A stretch of DNA of 64,000 bases, from the NCBI GenBank assembly GCA_965153455.1, contig OZ234493.1, positions 5,332,001 through 5,396,000 of the forward strand. Reading direction: 5' to 3'. Positions 1-12,480 of this stretch are shown here, one piece after another. How positions within the stretch are numbered: position 1 is the stretch's first letter; the number at the start of each line of letters is the position of its first letter. The stretch is from Sphagnum compactum (taxonomy: Eukaryota). The position numbers and the translations under genes were made by a program. Below the pieces are notes generated by a model. That model was not told the DNA's origin and did no database searches. It saw only the letters and a list, made by a program, of their open reading frames with translations.

Positions 1-507
1 TTCGATCCAAAATCTTATAAGCATAAGAATGCAAATTCGTTGAACATAATTATTTTTTTTCAAGTGAAAACATGGTAAAGTATACACAAAAATAATGTAA
101 GCAACAAAATATTAAAATCACTATAGATGATTTTATGCTCTCAAATTAATGACGGCCATTTAAAATTGTATCAGATCTTTACACTATGGCATGTTTTGCA
201 CTTGTAATCTCAAATGACATTCCAAGTAATAATTTCTACATAACCCTTTATACCCCTAGTGTGCACATAACGTGCCTAACATGGACTCAAAACATGCCTA
301 GGCATGACAAGGTAAAAATAAACGGGGCAAATGGGCAGACTGAAGGAGAAAATCGCAGCAGTACTTTTGTACTGACTGCATTCATTTCCTTTGGCCCGTT
401 TAATATTTTCGACCTTTTCTCCCTCTTTTAAGTTCCCTTACGAGGGACAATAGACAGGTCTTCTTGGGTCTCCTGACCTAACCGTGTTCAAAATCCGCCT
501 GCCCAAT

Positions 508-603
508 ATGCAAAATCCACACGACCATTGTGCAAAATCCACATGGCCATTGTGCAAAATCCACATGGCCATTGTGCAAAATCCACATGGCCGTTGTGCA
601 AAT
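508..603. repeat. 22-bp tandem minisatellite (TTGTGCAAAATCCACATGGCCA), about 4.3 copies
   Basis: Units read directly head-to-tail with no spacers. Confidence 0.9.
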
Positions 604-1302
604 CATGCATTATGTTAGAGAGCATGCCATTTACAAGCAATTGTGCAAGTCAATGAAAACCATTATGTTATGGAGCTTGCCAGGTACAAGCAATTGTGCC
701 CATTTTGCTGCCTGCTCAGAAAGTTTGGCTCAACCTACTGAGCTTGCCTGAGTTCCTCTCACAGGCACCTCACCTGGCATAATTGACTGGACCCAGCACA
801 TTCCATAATACAAAGAAATAAAACAAAGCCAACTAGGAGGGATGGTATCATGGGACTCCAAATGTAAAACACAATTCTCAGCATCTTTGTTTTTCAAATA
901 AATGAAAAGAAAAAGAAAAATCCTAATGGGAGGTACTCCAAAGATTATTTTTCAACAATTTTCTTTCATTTTTTCAACAAAAAAATTGGGATAACTTTGG
1001 AAAAATGTGTTTTCCTAGTGTGAATTCCACTGATTTTGCTATTTTTTGCCGGACAAATTTACCAAATTTACATATCTATCACAAAATTGAAAAAAGAATC
1101 CTGTAGGTAAGATACTAGGGATGCGTGGGTTTTGGACGGTTATCAGCCAAAAACAAAATGGAGCTACAGGATTGGACAGCCCGTTCTCCTTATCTTATCC
1201 CATCCCTCCCAGTCCCGAACTGCGGATCGAATCCTGCCAGCGACAGATCGCGCTCGGTTGCTGCTGCTGCTGCAGTGGTGTGGTTTGTTGCTCCGCTGAG
1301 GA

Positions 1303-2175
1303 TTGCGAGCGATGGCGGCGGTGAGAGGCGATCATGTGTTGCTGCATACTCGACTGCCGCAGGCTACCATCGCCAGCAGCAACAGAACAACAACAACAAC
1401 AACTGCTGCCGTTTCGGTCTCAAGGCTACTGGAGACTAGTGTAAGTGGGCATCAGAAGAATGTTGGGCAGAGATGGAATTGTGAGAAGTGGCAGCTCAGT
1501 AGTAGTAGTAGTAGTAGTAGTAGAAGTGGTGGTGCATTTGCATTCCAGTCGCGTGCATTTTTGTTGCAGCAGATGGGAAGAGTGCCGGGATCTTGGAGAA
1601 GAGGAGGAGAGCCAGTGGTAACAGCAGGAGGTGTGGTTTTTGCTGTGGCGTCGTCTGGAGGAGACTTCGGACAAGACCCGGAATGGCGTGAGGATGATTA
1701 CATTGTGTTGGGACTGGCACACTGCTTCCGTAAGGACGATCTGGGTAAGTTGAAGGATGTTTTCGTAGTGGAGCCGGTCACGGCAGGGACGCTGGAGTGT
1801 ATGGAGAACGGCGGCGTGACTTGTTATGTGCACACCACGGCCACCACGCTAGGTGTGGCGTTGCAGCGGGATGTCTCTTTGCTTCCGGTGGAGTTCCGAA
1901 ACGCAGAGATCGCCGAAGAGTTCGATTTTCGTGCCAAGTGTGCTTCGCGCACTTGGAAGAGGGATCACCCACAGCAGCATCTCCTTCATCTTGTGCCCAA
2001 GGATGGAGGAGTGCGCTCCGATTTCAACTTCTCGCTAGAGGACAAACGGGTGCTCAACGCGGAGGTGGTAGTCAACGACTCCGATAACATCAAGCAGGAC
2101 ATGAGCATCGACGTCTACGGCCGGCAGAAGGAAGAGGAGATAAAAGATGAGATTTCCCAACTGTACAGCGCTTGA
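1303..2175 (+). CDS. Intronless 290-aa protein: probable chloroplast transit peptide plus a conserved domain of unknown function resembling a cyanobacterial hypothetical family
   Basis: The N-terminal ~115 aa are Ser/Thr/Arg/Ala-rich and poor in acidic residues, with poly-T from (AAC)n and poly-S from (AGT)n. The C-terminal part has GC3-rich codons and the motifs DDYIVLGLAHCF, VVEPV, RAKCASRTWKR and DFNFSLEDKRVLN...DNIKQ. From memory these match a cyanobacterial/algal conserved hypothetical protein; not verified by search. Confidence 0.8.
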   Translation: MRAMAAVRGDHVLLHTRLPQATIASSNRTTTTTTAAVSVSRLLETSVSGHQKNVGQRWNCEKWQLSSSSSSSSRSGGAFAFQSRAFLLQQMGRVPGSWRRGGEPVVTAGGVVFAVASSGGDFGQDPEWREDDYIVLGLAHCFRKDDLGKLKDVFVVEPVTAGTLECMENGGVTCYVHTTATTLGVALQRDVSLLPVEFRNAEIAEEFDFRAKCASRTWKRDHPQQHLLHLVPKDGGVRSDFNFSLEDKRVLNAEVVVNDSDNIKQDMSIDVYGRQKEEEIKDEISQLYSA

Positions 2176-4561
2176 AGAATCATCATCTAACCCTAGTACT
2201 CGAGAATGCTCCTCCTCCACCATTTTGTCGGCTTGGTGATATGACGGCCAATTTTCACAAGCTTTGGAAAGCAGCAGCAGCAGAGCAGTTGTAGTAGGTT
2301 CTTGAGGTTTTTGGGTTGTGGTGACATGCAGTTTTTTCCTTTCTTTCTTTCTTTCTTTTCAGCTATGAAGAGAAATCCTCGGTTCTATTAGGTCTGTTTT
2401 GAGCAAGAAACTGTAAGAAATTGGAGTTTGGTAAATGGAGCTCCAGTGCACTTTATTTGGATAATTTCGGTGCTTGAAAGAAATTCAAGGACCCAATTCT
2501 CAGATCAAGTTCTATTGTATGGGGTTTGTTGTTCCTCGACCTTGTCCTCCCGAGTCTTCTCCTCCTTCTTCTAGCCCCATCCTCCCTTCTTCAAGGCCCT
2601 TGGTGGAGTACCTATTGAGGGATGTGGAAGCAGATAGAATTTGTATCATTTTGTTCCTTGGATTTTAAGTTTTAGGGTTTGCTATTTGTGGCAGTGAGGT
2701 TTATCTCTCTCTAGCACCACAGTTGTAGACCCCTGTCCCCAATGCATTTGAGGATTCTGTGAATGCTGAATTTTGTGGATAGGTGGATGCAAAGCTTTGT
2801 ATTGCAATGTTCCATGTGTCTCTTGGCTTTTGAAGAATCACATGATGGAGAGAAATTATACCCAGAAAAGATTATCAAACTTTCAAAAATGTGCACTCTT
2901 TTGAGAAATATCAACCCAGAAAAGGTCATCAAGCTTTCAAGAAACATGCACTCTTTTTGAGAAATGGCATTCTTTCAGTGATGCTGTTGTGATTGTAGCA
3001 GCTATGGTCCTAAATGTGCAAAGGCAGTTTGCATGATTCTGTTTTTCAGACTTGTCTTCTATCTATTCACTAGAATGTGGTTTGGTCTCAGCATTTTACA
3101 TACAGGAATCCATCAGGCAAGAAGCTGCTGGATTGGGGATCTGGGGACCAATGCTTGCTACTTGGAGGCAGGGATCCAGGGGATGAAGTGGTGATTACAT
3201 GAACCAATGGGAAGGGGCAGGGACAAATATTCTACAAGGCTCCAGGATTGCCATGTTGATCTTTTGGAGACTGCCAAATACTTGAGGCTGCGCTGCACTG
3301 TTTGTTTTGTTTGCAGATGTTCTCTTCTCTGGCAATTGGGTAGCTCTTGGACTAGTGCAGGCTTGCAAACTGACTTCTTCTCCGGGTTTTTCTTTGTTTT
3401 TTTGTCTGGTTCCTAGTCGTCAGTGGGAACATGAGAAATGCTCATTTCTCTTGGTAACACAGCTGCCAGCTGAAATTCTGTCAAATCTGATCATTGCCAG
3501 GATCTGTGAGTTATTGAATGTCAAATTGCCAGTTCTTCTGTTTAGGACACTGCTGGTTTTTCAAAAATTCACCTTGAAAGCAGTTAATGCAGATTCCTCC
3601 TCTCAGCATCCAGGAATTCTTCTCCTTTATTACCCAACCTGTGGTCATAGTTCTCTAGTTGCAAATTCTTTGAGAGTTTACACTAGGACACAGTTTCAAC
3701 TATAGTATAACAACATGCTCTTCTCAAATCATGGATACAGCCTTGTCTTTGCAAGAATTCTCTCTCTTAATTTAGGATGCAGCTCCAGACCATTACCATC
3801 TCCTACTCCCGTGAGGATGAGTGCTGATTAGTCAGCAAGTAATGGGCGTTTTAGGAACTTACTTATCTTCAGCTGAGTGTAGTTGTCTGGGAATCCAGGT
3901 GAGAAACTGGGTCTCATTCCCACAGGAAGTGAGATCCCATATCCAACCTGTTATGTGCTCCAAGGGCATCCTGCTATTGGCAATGTTTGTGATGTGAGTA
4001 GACTGTTACACCATTGCTGTTCACTGCCAACTGGAGACTTGACAAGACTTTGAAACCATTGAAGTATTGACAAGTGAGGTCCCATTTCAGGCTTCCAGTG
4101 GGTGACGAGCAGTGCATTCATGGCAAATGCAAGACTTGAACAACGGCTTCTGTACATGAATGATCAACTCCATCAGCCTGCAGTTCATGTGATCATACAG
4201 GTGAATCCAGAGCCCTGCAGAAAGAAGGTAAACCATTCTCACACCCATTGACCAATAAGCCCTTGTACTGGCTGTAAGATGCAATGACTGCATGCAAATT
4301 AGTATGCAGAGCTAGCCAAATTTCCATCAATAACCTCTGGGTTAGCTGTTATACACACATAAGAGAACTAGTAGTGCAATCTCCCTGGAACTCTCAGTGC
4401 TTGTCACCTGGTGTGGCACAAATCAAGAAGTCCTATGGGGCACTTTTGTATCAATACCCACTTTTATGATCACAATGATAAAGCAATGCAAGTTCTGGAT
4501 GAAAGTTCTAGCATTTTTGTCCCAATGACATTTGTGGGTTGCCTTCTTGCAAGAACAAGAC

Positions 4562-7500
4562 TCAAGGGCGGGGTGCAGACATTTGCTGCTTCCTTACAAA
4601 TGGCCCTGCTTTCACTGAGGAGATGTCATGAGGTGTGATGAAAATCCACTGAGATCCTTGCTGGACAGCAAAATCCACAACAGTATCAAGGCTGATTTTT
4701 CTACTGATTGCATCCATGAAGACATCAAACTCATCCATGGCACGAAATGGTGCTTCAGTCATCTCATGAAGAGCCAACGCAAAAGACAATGTGGAGTAGG
4801 ATCTCTCACCACCTGATAGAGCTCGGGTGTCCCTGACAGCACTGTTAGAGACATCCTGAGGCATCTGCACTTTTAATGAGAGCGTCTCAGTAGAGTAGTC
4901 CACTTTGACACTCCCACTGAAGCCCTTTTTTCGTAAGTGCCCATTAAATTGCCATGTAAGCTGCTGTCGAAGCCGAATAGCATTCTTTTGGAACTTTTTT
5001 AATCTGATCTGATAAGTTCCATCCAAAAGTTCAAGCTTCCCTTTGAGGCTTTTATACGTGAGCTCTTTCTTCACCACACGGCACTCAATTTTCTGGCGCT
5101 TGTTTTCAAGATCTTCTAGTGGCTCATTGTTTCGCTCTTCCCTACGCACCTGATCTTGAAGGCGACAGAGAATGATGCTGTACTCCTGAGGGCTTTTATC
5201 AACTCCACCAAGACCTGTCACCTCCTCCTCTGGACAAACTTGGGATGCTTTGCCACTGGTTTCCTCTAACTCCTTGTGAAGATTCTCAACTGCTTTCTCA
5301 GCTTCACATATGTCAGGTAAAACCCTGGTTTGCATGATTTTCTGAAAATGCTCTAAAGCGAGGACAGCTGTTCTGAGTTCCTCCTCAAGGGTAAGAAGTT
5401 CTTCTTCAGCCACCTTGGTGGCTTCAATGCCTCCTCTTGCTGACTCCCGGAGTGCATCAAAATGAGCTTTTGCTGCATCAACCTTTTCTTGGGCCCTCTG
5501 AAGACTGAATGTCAACTTCACCAGCATGTCTTCATTTGCCTGTATCCCTTCCTTTGCCTTTGAAATCTCCCCTTCAAGCTCATTGACATCAGGCTCCACA
5601 TCCATGGCTGACTCTGCTTGAGCAGCATTTTGCATGTCTCGCAACTGCAACTCAAGCCCAGTGATGTTCCACTGGAAGTCCTGTCGTCTCCTTTTCATAG
5701 CCTGTAATTGCATCTGGAAGTTGTGAGCAGAATCAGCAGCAACTCTCTTGCGGTTCTCAGCTGAATGGATAGTTTCCTGCAGTGCAGAGGCCTCAACCTC
5801 TGCTGTCTCCAATTGATGACCAACATGAACCCCAAGTCGCCCTTGGACTCGACGATCCCTATTCAGTATAGTCTCACTACCATTTCGAGAAAACAGTTTT
5901 ATTCCATCTGCAGTCAAAACCTCCTTCACATTGTTACTGAGATGAGAATTACCAAAGGCAATGAGCTTCCCTTCGTTGTAGTCTTTTGCCAGGACTTGCC
6001 TTTCAATGCTTCCCTGGTCCACCAGGACATTCATGACAACATGATTATCAGACTGAAGAACTGACATAACAGTCCTGAGACTAGAGTCAGGCAACAGATG
6101 TGGTGGCAACTGCAAAGGAGGCCGATCAAAATCGTATATGATGATCTGAACATAACCATAGTTTGACCATTGGGCACATTTACGAAGTAGTAGCATATCC
6201 TTCTGATTGGTGACAATAAAAGCATTCAGGAGCTTGCCAACTGCTACTTCAATTGCAAGTGACCATTTTCATTTCCAACCAGTGCGGTGTGTGAACCAAG
6301 AGGGCCAACTGTTGGGCTTGTAAACCCACGGGACTGAGCCTCCACTGTTTGGAGCAGCTTCAGGACTTTGTCTCCTCCAAATGTGGTCATCACATTGGAC
6401 TGCTGGGACTTGAGCCGCCGAATGTAGCCCTGTGTATCTCGAAGCTTGGCTCCAAGCTCTTCCATTTCTGACTTGATCCCATTGACTTGCTGATTTATGT
6501 CATCAACTTGTCCTTGCAGGTTTGCTTCCTCTTCTCGAATCTGTCTGAGCTCACATTGAGCAGCTTCAACATTCTGGTTAAGCTTTTTGAACTGCTCCTG
6601 TTTTACTGCCTCTTCAGCTTGAGTATCCTTTACATGACGATTGCGAACTTCTGTGACATGTTGCTCAAGTGTTTGCAACTGCTCCATCTGCCTTGCAATC
6701 TGACGCTGCTTGTTGTTCAAGTCCTCTTCCAATCCTGCTTTTTCCCGAGTTGCTAGGGAGAGTGCTTGCTGAAGCTCATTTTGGGAATTCCTCTGTTGAT
6801 TAGATGTCTCAAGTAGGCCAGCAATTGAAGCTCGCTTCAAGCGGATGGCCTCCTGCACATTTTTGGTCACCTCCTCAGCTTCATCAATCTTTCTCTGGCA
6901 GGTTCGAATGCCGCTCTGAAACTTCTCAAGGTTTTGTGCTTCTAGTTGGAGCTTCTTCTGTGTATCATATACCCAACACCAAGCAAGTTTCTTCTTTAGA
7001 ACCCCAACCTGCTGTGCCATCTCTTCAATTTCCTGTGCATTCCTGATCTGCTCATCTAGAGTTTTGAGCTCCTCAATGAATGGCACCATCACCTGTTTGA
7101 GCTCTTCAACCACAGCACCTGCATTCTCAATTTTCTCCCGTATTGTCATCAGGAGCTCTGCCACTTGCTGCAGCAGTGTAGCTTTAAAGTAAAACTTGAA
7201 CTTTTCCTTGCCACTCCCAGCATGGAGGAACTCTCGGCTTTTGTCTTGTGTCATGATGACACAAGGATTGTCCACCTCAATGTTGAAATGGTCCAAAAGC
7301 TCTTGAAGGTCCTCCCTCTTGCCGGCAACTTTCTTGCCCTTCTCATCCTTCATACAGAAGGTCTGGGTGGTCTCTGTGATTCGGCGCTCCACTGTGATGA
7401 CCTTACCATACAAGGGAGGTTTGAAGGCATCCTCTCCTTCATTCTTAATGTCAACTGACACGGAACCATAGCCACATCCATTCTTGATAAAATCCTTCAA

Positions 7501-7701
7501 GGAGGATGCCCGCTGTGTGCCCCGTGCTTTGATTCCAAATGCAACACAGAGAGCAGTGAGGATGGCGCTCTTGCCACTCCCATTCTGCCCTGTGATGAAA
7601 TTCACGTGGTCCTCAAGCTCAATGATCAAGCTACTATGGCACATGAAGTTTTGCAGTTTTATCCTCTTGATTGACCCTGCCTTCTCTGCAATTTCTTCCA
7701 T
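4562..7701 (-). pseudogene. SMC6: SMC6 (structural maintenance of chromosomes 6): full length, no coding introns, one 1-nt frameshift in the hinge (recent pseudogene, null allele or assembly error)
   Basis: ATG at 7701. N-half: LQNFMCH, Walker A GQNGSGKS, Q-loop VIMTQDKSREFL, coiled coil. C-half: hinge IIIYDFDRP and NVLVDQGSIERQVL, signature LSGGERS, Walker B/D-loop APFRAMDEFDVFMD, ITPHD. The halves join as GSHTALVGNE[K]WSLAIEVAVGKLLNAFIVT if one A is added to the A4 run (T4 at 6266-6269 on +). Confidence 0.9.
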
Positions 7702-7702
7702 C

Positions 7703-8320
7703 CTGCCAGAAAAAAGATCCAATGCATGGTGTCATGCAACACCATCTAGAAACCCTCTTTACCTAACCCCCCAAAAGGCGAACATTCCTGCTATGATCTT
7801 GCTGGAATCTTAAGCTTCTGCCACATGGACTCTCAAGCCCGAAACGCTGAAGTGCATGCTAAGGATGGAAAAGCACAGGCTCCTCAAGGCAGAAAATATA
7901 TTTGAGGTTTTGTGATATGAAAACAAAAAACTGGAGTTTCTTTGGTACCTATACATGGACTCTTGCCATAAACAATGACCATGAAATTTCACTAAATGAA
8001 AGGCAACACAGAACCCAGTGATGAAACTGCATACATTTCAACTCATGTGCCCAAAACTGGAGAACAAAATTCACCACAGGAGGACGCCAAATTTAAGGGA
8101 AATCAACCCATCACGACGAAAAAAAGGGTCCAGCATGACCTGCAACAGAAAGTGGAGAAATATCTACGTGGGCAGCAGAAGGTGGTGACATCAACTTCTT
8201 TGTAAACCAAACAGCTCTAGGTCACAACACAAGGAAATAAAAAATAAAAAACTCCTTCCAGGAGGCCAATTTGAAGCGAAAACCCATGGATATAAGTGCA
8301 CCGATCCGAGACTGAGTCAC
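7703..8320 (-). other. Predicted 5'UTR intron of SMC6
   Basis: Acceptor TTTTTTCTGGCAG|G-ATG lies 1 nt before the start codon. Candidate donor CCAG|GTGACT at 8320; a CT-rich leader lies at 8400-8560. Confidence 0.5.
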
Positions 8321-9437
8321 CTGGAAAATCGCTGGACTGTGAAAAGAAGACAAACCTGACCTAACCCGCAAACTCGGAGGATGCAGCAGACGAGTGGGAA
8401 CACCCAAACCCTAGAACCCAAAATGCTCTTCTGGAGTTTAAATTCAAGGGGGGGGGGGGAAACAGTAACAAAAACATGAGAAAGGATCCCGGAAGGTGGA
8501 GACGGTTTGGGAGGTGAAGAGAGAGAGAGAGGAGAAGATCGCACATGCACAGAATGAATCAATTGAGATCAGGAGACTCGCGTTGAGCTTGCCTCCAAAC
8601 ACTTCCGCGAGATGATAATGCGGAAAGGAACCTGCACCCACAATCCGAACTCAAGACGGCAGGAAATCTCATCGTCGAGCCAGCAGTCGAGATCTCAAAA
8701 CGAGGGGTCTATGTTTTCGCTCATCGACTATTTGTATCAAATCAGCTTGTCCGCATCTCGGACTCTGAGCGCAAATTCTGGAACTGCCGATAAGTATAAA
8801 CACCCCCCTTATACCAGTTCGTATTCCTATTCGTACTCGTATTTGTATTTGTATAGTTGAATAGTTGTGACTGCAATCTTTGCCCACTGATTTTGTCAGC
8901 TCCCCAAAGTGAGTATGTCAGAAGAAAATGCTCTGCTCAAACCATAGCGAGAACAATTATACAAAACCAACATCCTGAGTTTGTCTCAAATTTTGGAAAG
9001 TGAAGGGAGACTAGTATATCATGTTTGTTAGCTAGCACGCAGGCAAAGCTCATCAGATAAGTCAATTGTGGCCCCATTCAAGCTGTAACAAGCTTGTGAG
9101 GTAAACATCATTCCATTTCAGCTTGCCCCAAACAAATCAAAGCCAATGGCATAGAGAGGAACAATTCAGTAGTGGTTGGGATATCTGCAGCCTGAGCACA
9201 TCCTCTTACATGTTTAGTGTCAGAAAGTACAAGAATATGATGTCAAATTCACAGCATGAATTTCACTATACGTTTCTTCTAAATTGGTTGTGGTAGACTG
9301 CATCATATCTGTTGTTGCAGCACATCCTGAAATCAAGATATTTGCATCACTGCCTGTAGTGCAGTTTCTCAGATTTAGAGTCTCCTTCTGGTTTTAATTG
9401 AATGGCTGAGTCTTTGGTGGACATCCTTCTGGGTTGC

Positions 9438-12029
9438 CTATGTGTTGATATTACATTGGCCTGGATGTTTGACACACCAAAGAGGCTGCAAAGGTTCAGC
9501 ACTGATACCCCTGGACACTAACCGGAATCTCCAGTCATTCAACCTGTCAATAGCCTGTGCATATCGTTTTTTCCCATCAGGGTGCTTGTTGCCTGACCAA
9601 AGTGACTCAGCCAAAGCTGCAGTACGGGGCCACAGACGGCTGTCAAGAACTGTAGCATCTGCTTGCTCTGACCAGAGGCTCACCTCTGCACCAATCACAA
9701 GAGCAGCTTCAGAACTTGTCAAATTGAAAGTGATATCATAGTCATAAATTCTTGCCCATGTTTTGAAAGGTCCGCACCAGGATCCGCCATTGCCACCAGG
9801 GTAGTTAAATGGATTTCCTGGGTCATTGCTGTCTTCATCATACCTATACAAGACCAACCCAAGGTCATGTCAACTACAAACTGGGGAAAAACATTTGAAA
9901 TGTTACAAATCTTGTAATGTAACATTTTATTTGCTCCCTGGAAGGCCCAATTTGTTAGAGAGAAAAGATACTCTTGGTAGAGCATTTCATGATGTAAAAG
10001 CACATATTGGCAGTGGTGCACTACATCCTGCAATGACCACCATATCAAAGGTGATCAGCAAAGAGATGCCAATACGCTACAGTGACAGTTGAAGAGCAAC
10101 ATACCGGCTGTCATTACCAACCCAGCCACCATGTCCACAATCAAGGTAGTAAAAGTCTGATGATGATACAATTGTGCGGTAGCCATTAGACGTCAAGAGC
10201 TTAGTATTTGCAGCACCATTGTTCCATGTCTGAAGAATTGTTGTCTCTTTTGGAAGAGCTGTGGATGGCACATTTATATCCCTGTCGGTGAGGAGGTCTT
10301 CCCAATACACTGCAGTCTTGTTGCTTCCTGTTATATAAGGATGTGTTGTGATCACAAATTCTTCCAACAGTGTGCTCATGTTACCCCCTGCAAGTACATA
10401 TTCCTGCAGGCAATTGTCATTGCCATTTGGAGATTCTACTGTCCTTGACCACAAGCCTCAATTGGCACAGCAGTCCTGTTTTCTTCCAGTAAGACAATAG
10501 CACCTGTAAGTAGACTTAATCTGGTAATTGTCCATTGCTGTGAGGGGTTTAGACTTCTCATGAGCTCCTCCTATCCCTAGAGTCTATCATATGATGACTG
10601 CAGATGGGTCATGATCTTGACAGAAGGAGAGCATGTGAAGGATACCTGAATATCAAGACTTTTGTTCCAACAGTTTGGATTCACCTCATCACCTCCGCCA
10701 TGGAAGAAATTGTCAGGGAAGAGTGATGCCACCTCTTCAACCAAATTCTTTACCACTTTGTAGGTGAGTGGATGCAGTGGATTGAGCTGTCCAGGCCATC
10801 CTGGCTCTGATGCCATCCTCAAACCCCATGGTGCTCCTGGTTGCAACCAAAATTGGTCATGGCATGTGACAACCTCTGGATAGGCTCCAGACCATGATCC
10901 TGTATGACCTGTGCCGTACATCTCCTTCATAAGGACAGAGCCGCAGCATGCATGGGAAGAATCATTGTCCAAGCTGTGAAATCTTGGACAAACTATTAAC
11001 TGTTTTTACGGAGGACACCTTTGAGCAACTGAACAACTTTGCAGGGTTTAGGGTTTTGTCAAATTCTTTCGCCAAGTACATAGAGGTGATTGAGCAAAAG
11101 GATGTCACGGTATGAAGCTCATGCTTACCGGGCATGTCAAGCTCTGGAATGATGCGCACACCGTGTTGCGTTGCATACTCCAGCACTCTCTTCACATCCA
11201 TGTGCGAGTACCGATGCCTTTCACTGTAAGCACCTTTCTTTGCTAGTTCTGGTTCCTTGAATAGCTCGAGAGGGAAGGAATGAGAATCAGTGATGTGCCA
11301 GTGAAAGACGTTCAGCTTATTGTAAGCCATAGCTCTGATAGTGCGTAGAATCGATTCCACAGGGTAGAAATTCCTCGCAGTGTCCAAGAGCAATCCACGG
11401 TGAGGAAAGTTAGGCTGATCTCGAATGTACACACCATGATCTATAAAGAGCTCCGAGGAGGTCTCAGGACTAGTGCCGCGATGGATTAGCTGAGAGAATG
11501 TCTCCAGCCCGTGTAGTGCTCCCCACACTGTCGCTGCTAAAATGGAGGCTGACAGACTTGAAGGAGCCGATCTAACACCGGTACCTACTACTGCAAGAGA
11601 GCTCTCCGGTACTTCGATGGTGTAGGATTCATCAACGCCATGCTGTAAGTCTGCTTCCAGATCCAACACAACAATAGCAAGAGACTCTAAGACCACTAAA
11701 GCTTCCATCGATTCCACAATCACCAGTGTCTCCTCCTCCTCCTCCTCTTCTTCTTCAGTCCAATGAATGGGTAACCACCGCTCTGTCCTAATGAGCTCCT
11801 TGTACTCTACCACCGCCTTGTCCAACACTGCATTCTCGGGAGACTGGAAATGGAAATCTCTACTCAACAGAATCGCAGGCCCGGAACCCCATTCTACTAC
11901 TTGTGGCATGGGCCACAGATAAACGTTCCCATGGACGCCGGGAAGAAGAAAAGAATCAGAGTGCGACAAAAAAGGCAGCAGCAGGGCAAAGGCAGGAAGA
12001 AGACACACATAATTGTGAAGAGACACCAT
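9438..12029 (-). CDS. Beta-hexosaminidase (GH20, HEXO2-like), 4 exons, about 622 aa
   Basis: Exons 12029-11129, 10908-10646, 10403-10105 and 9843-9438; all introns GT-AG; 1869 nt in frame. Signal peptide, then [49 protein letters not shown], catalytic [16 protein letters not shown] and LWSEQAD...RLWPR. Confidence 0.95.
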
Positions 12030-12207
12030 GAGTGCAAGCAGAGCCCCCCAACTCTTCCTTTGCACAACCGATTTGCTTGCAACAAAGAAAGAAGCAAACA
12101 ACGAAGCTCCAAGCAATCAAAGAAGTGCAGCTCGAGCATTAAATACTTATCAAACAGAATTTGTTAATGCCTCTTTCAAACAGGGGGCAACTTACGCCTG
12201 CAAGTGG

Positions 12208-12480
12208 CAGCCTTTTTCTTTTTTTTCTGGTTACGATTTGGTTGATAGAATTAATGGCTAAAAATTTGTGTTTTCTAATTTTCTAGTCGCCACAATTTTA
12301 CAGATTAAATTTATATATATCACCAGATTTCTTTATTGGGTTCTAGCATATAGCCAAATTTTGTGAGGGAATCTTAAACTTTTTTACTTGAATACCCTTT
12401 TTTAACCAAAATTTGGCTAAACTATATTTTGGATGATTTTCAGTTCACTACATCACAAATATGGAAAAAAAGAAACCCTA
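12208..12480. mobile_element. Probable short MITE-like dispersed repeat
   Basis: Ends CAGCCTTTTTCTTTTT ... AAAAAAAGAAACCCT with the internal palindrome-like GCCAAATTT/AAATTTGGCT. Similar architecture at 21205-21575 and 945-1103. No clean TSD found. Confidence 0.35.

Noticed and set aside
508-603. CRISPR-like array
   Set aside because: The repeats are contiguous with no unique spacers, the context is eukaryotic and there are no cas genes.
2860-4300. Additional gene between the plastid-protein gene and SMC6 (132-aa ORF, splice-like motifs, ~55-bp duplication at 2860-2965)
   Set aside because: No consistent exon chain or recognisable protein; most likely UTR or intergenic sequence.
6244-6280. 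Programmed -1 ribosomal frameshift or transcriptional slippage in SMC6
   Set aside because: The only slippery-like heptamer (U GGA AAU) would shift straight into a UGA in the -1 frame. No X XXY YYZ site lies between that UGA and the frame-0 stop, and the A4 run is short for polymerase slippage.
6196-6300. Small intron explaining the SMC6 frame break
   Set aside because: SMC6 homology is residue-for-residue continuous across the break, leaving no room for an intron.
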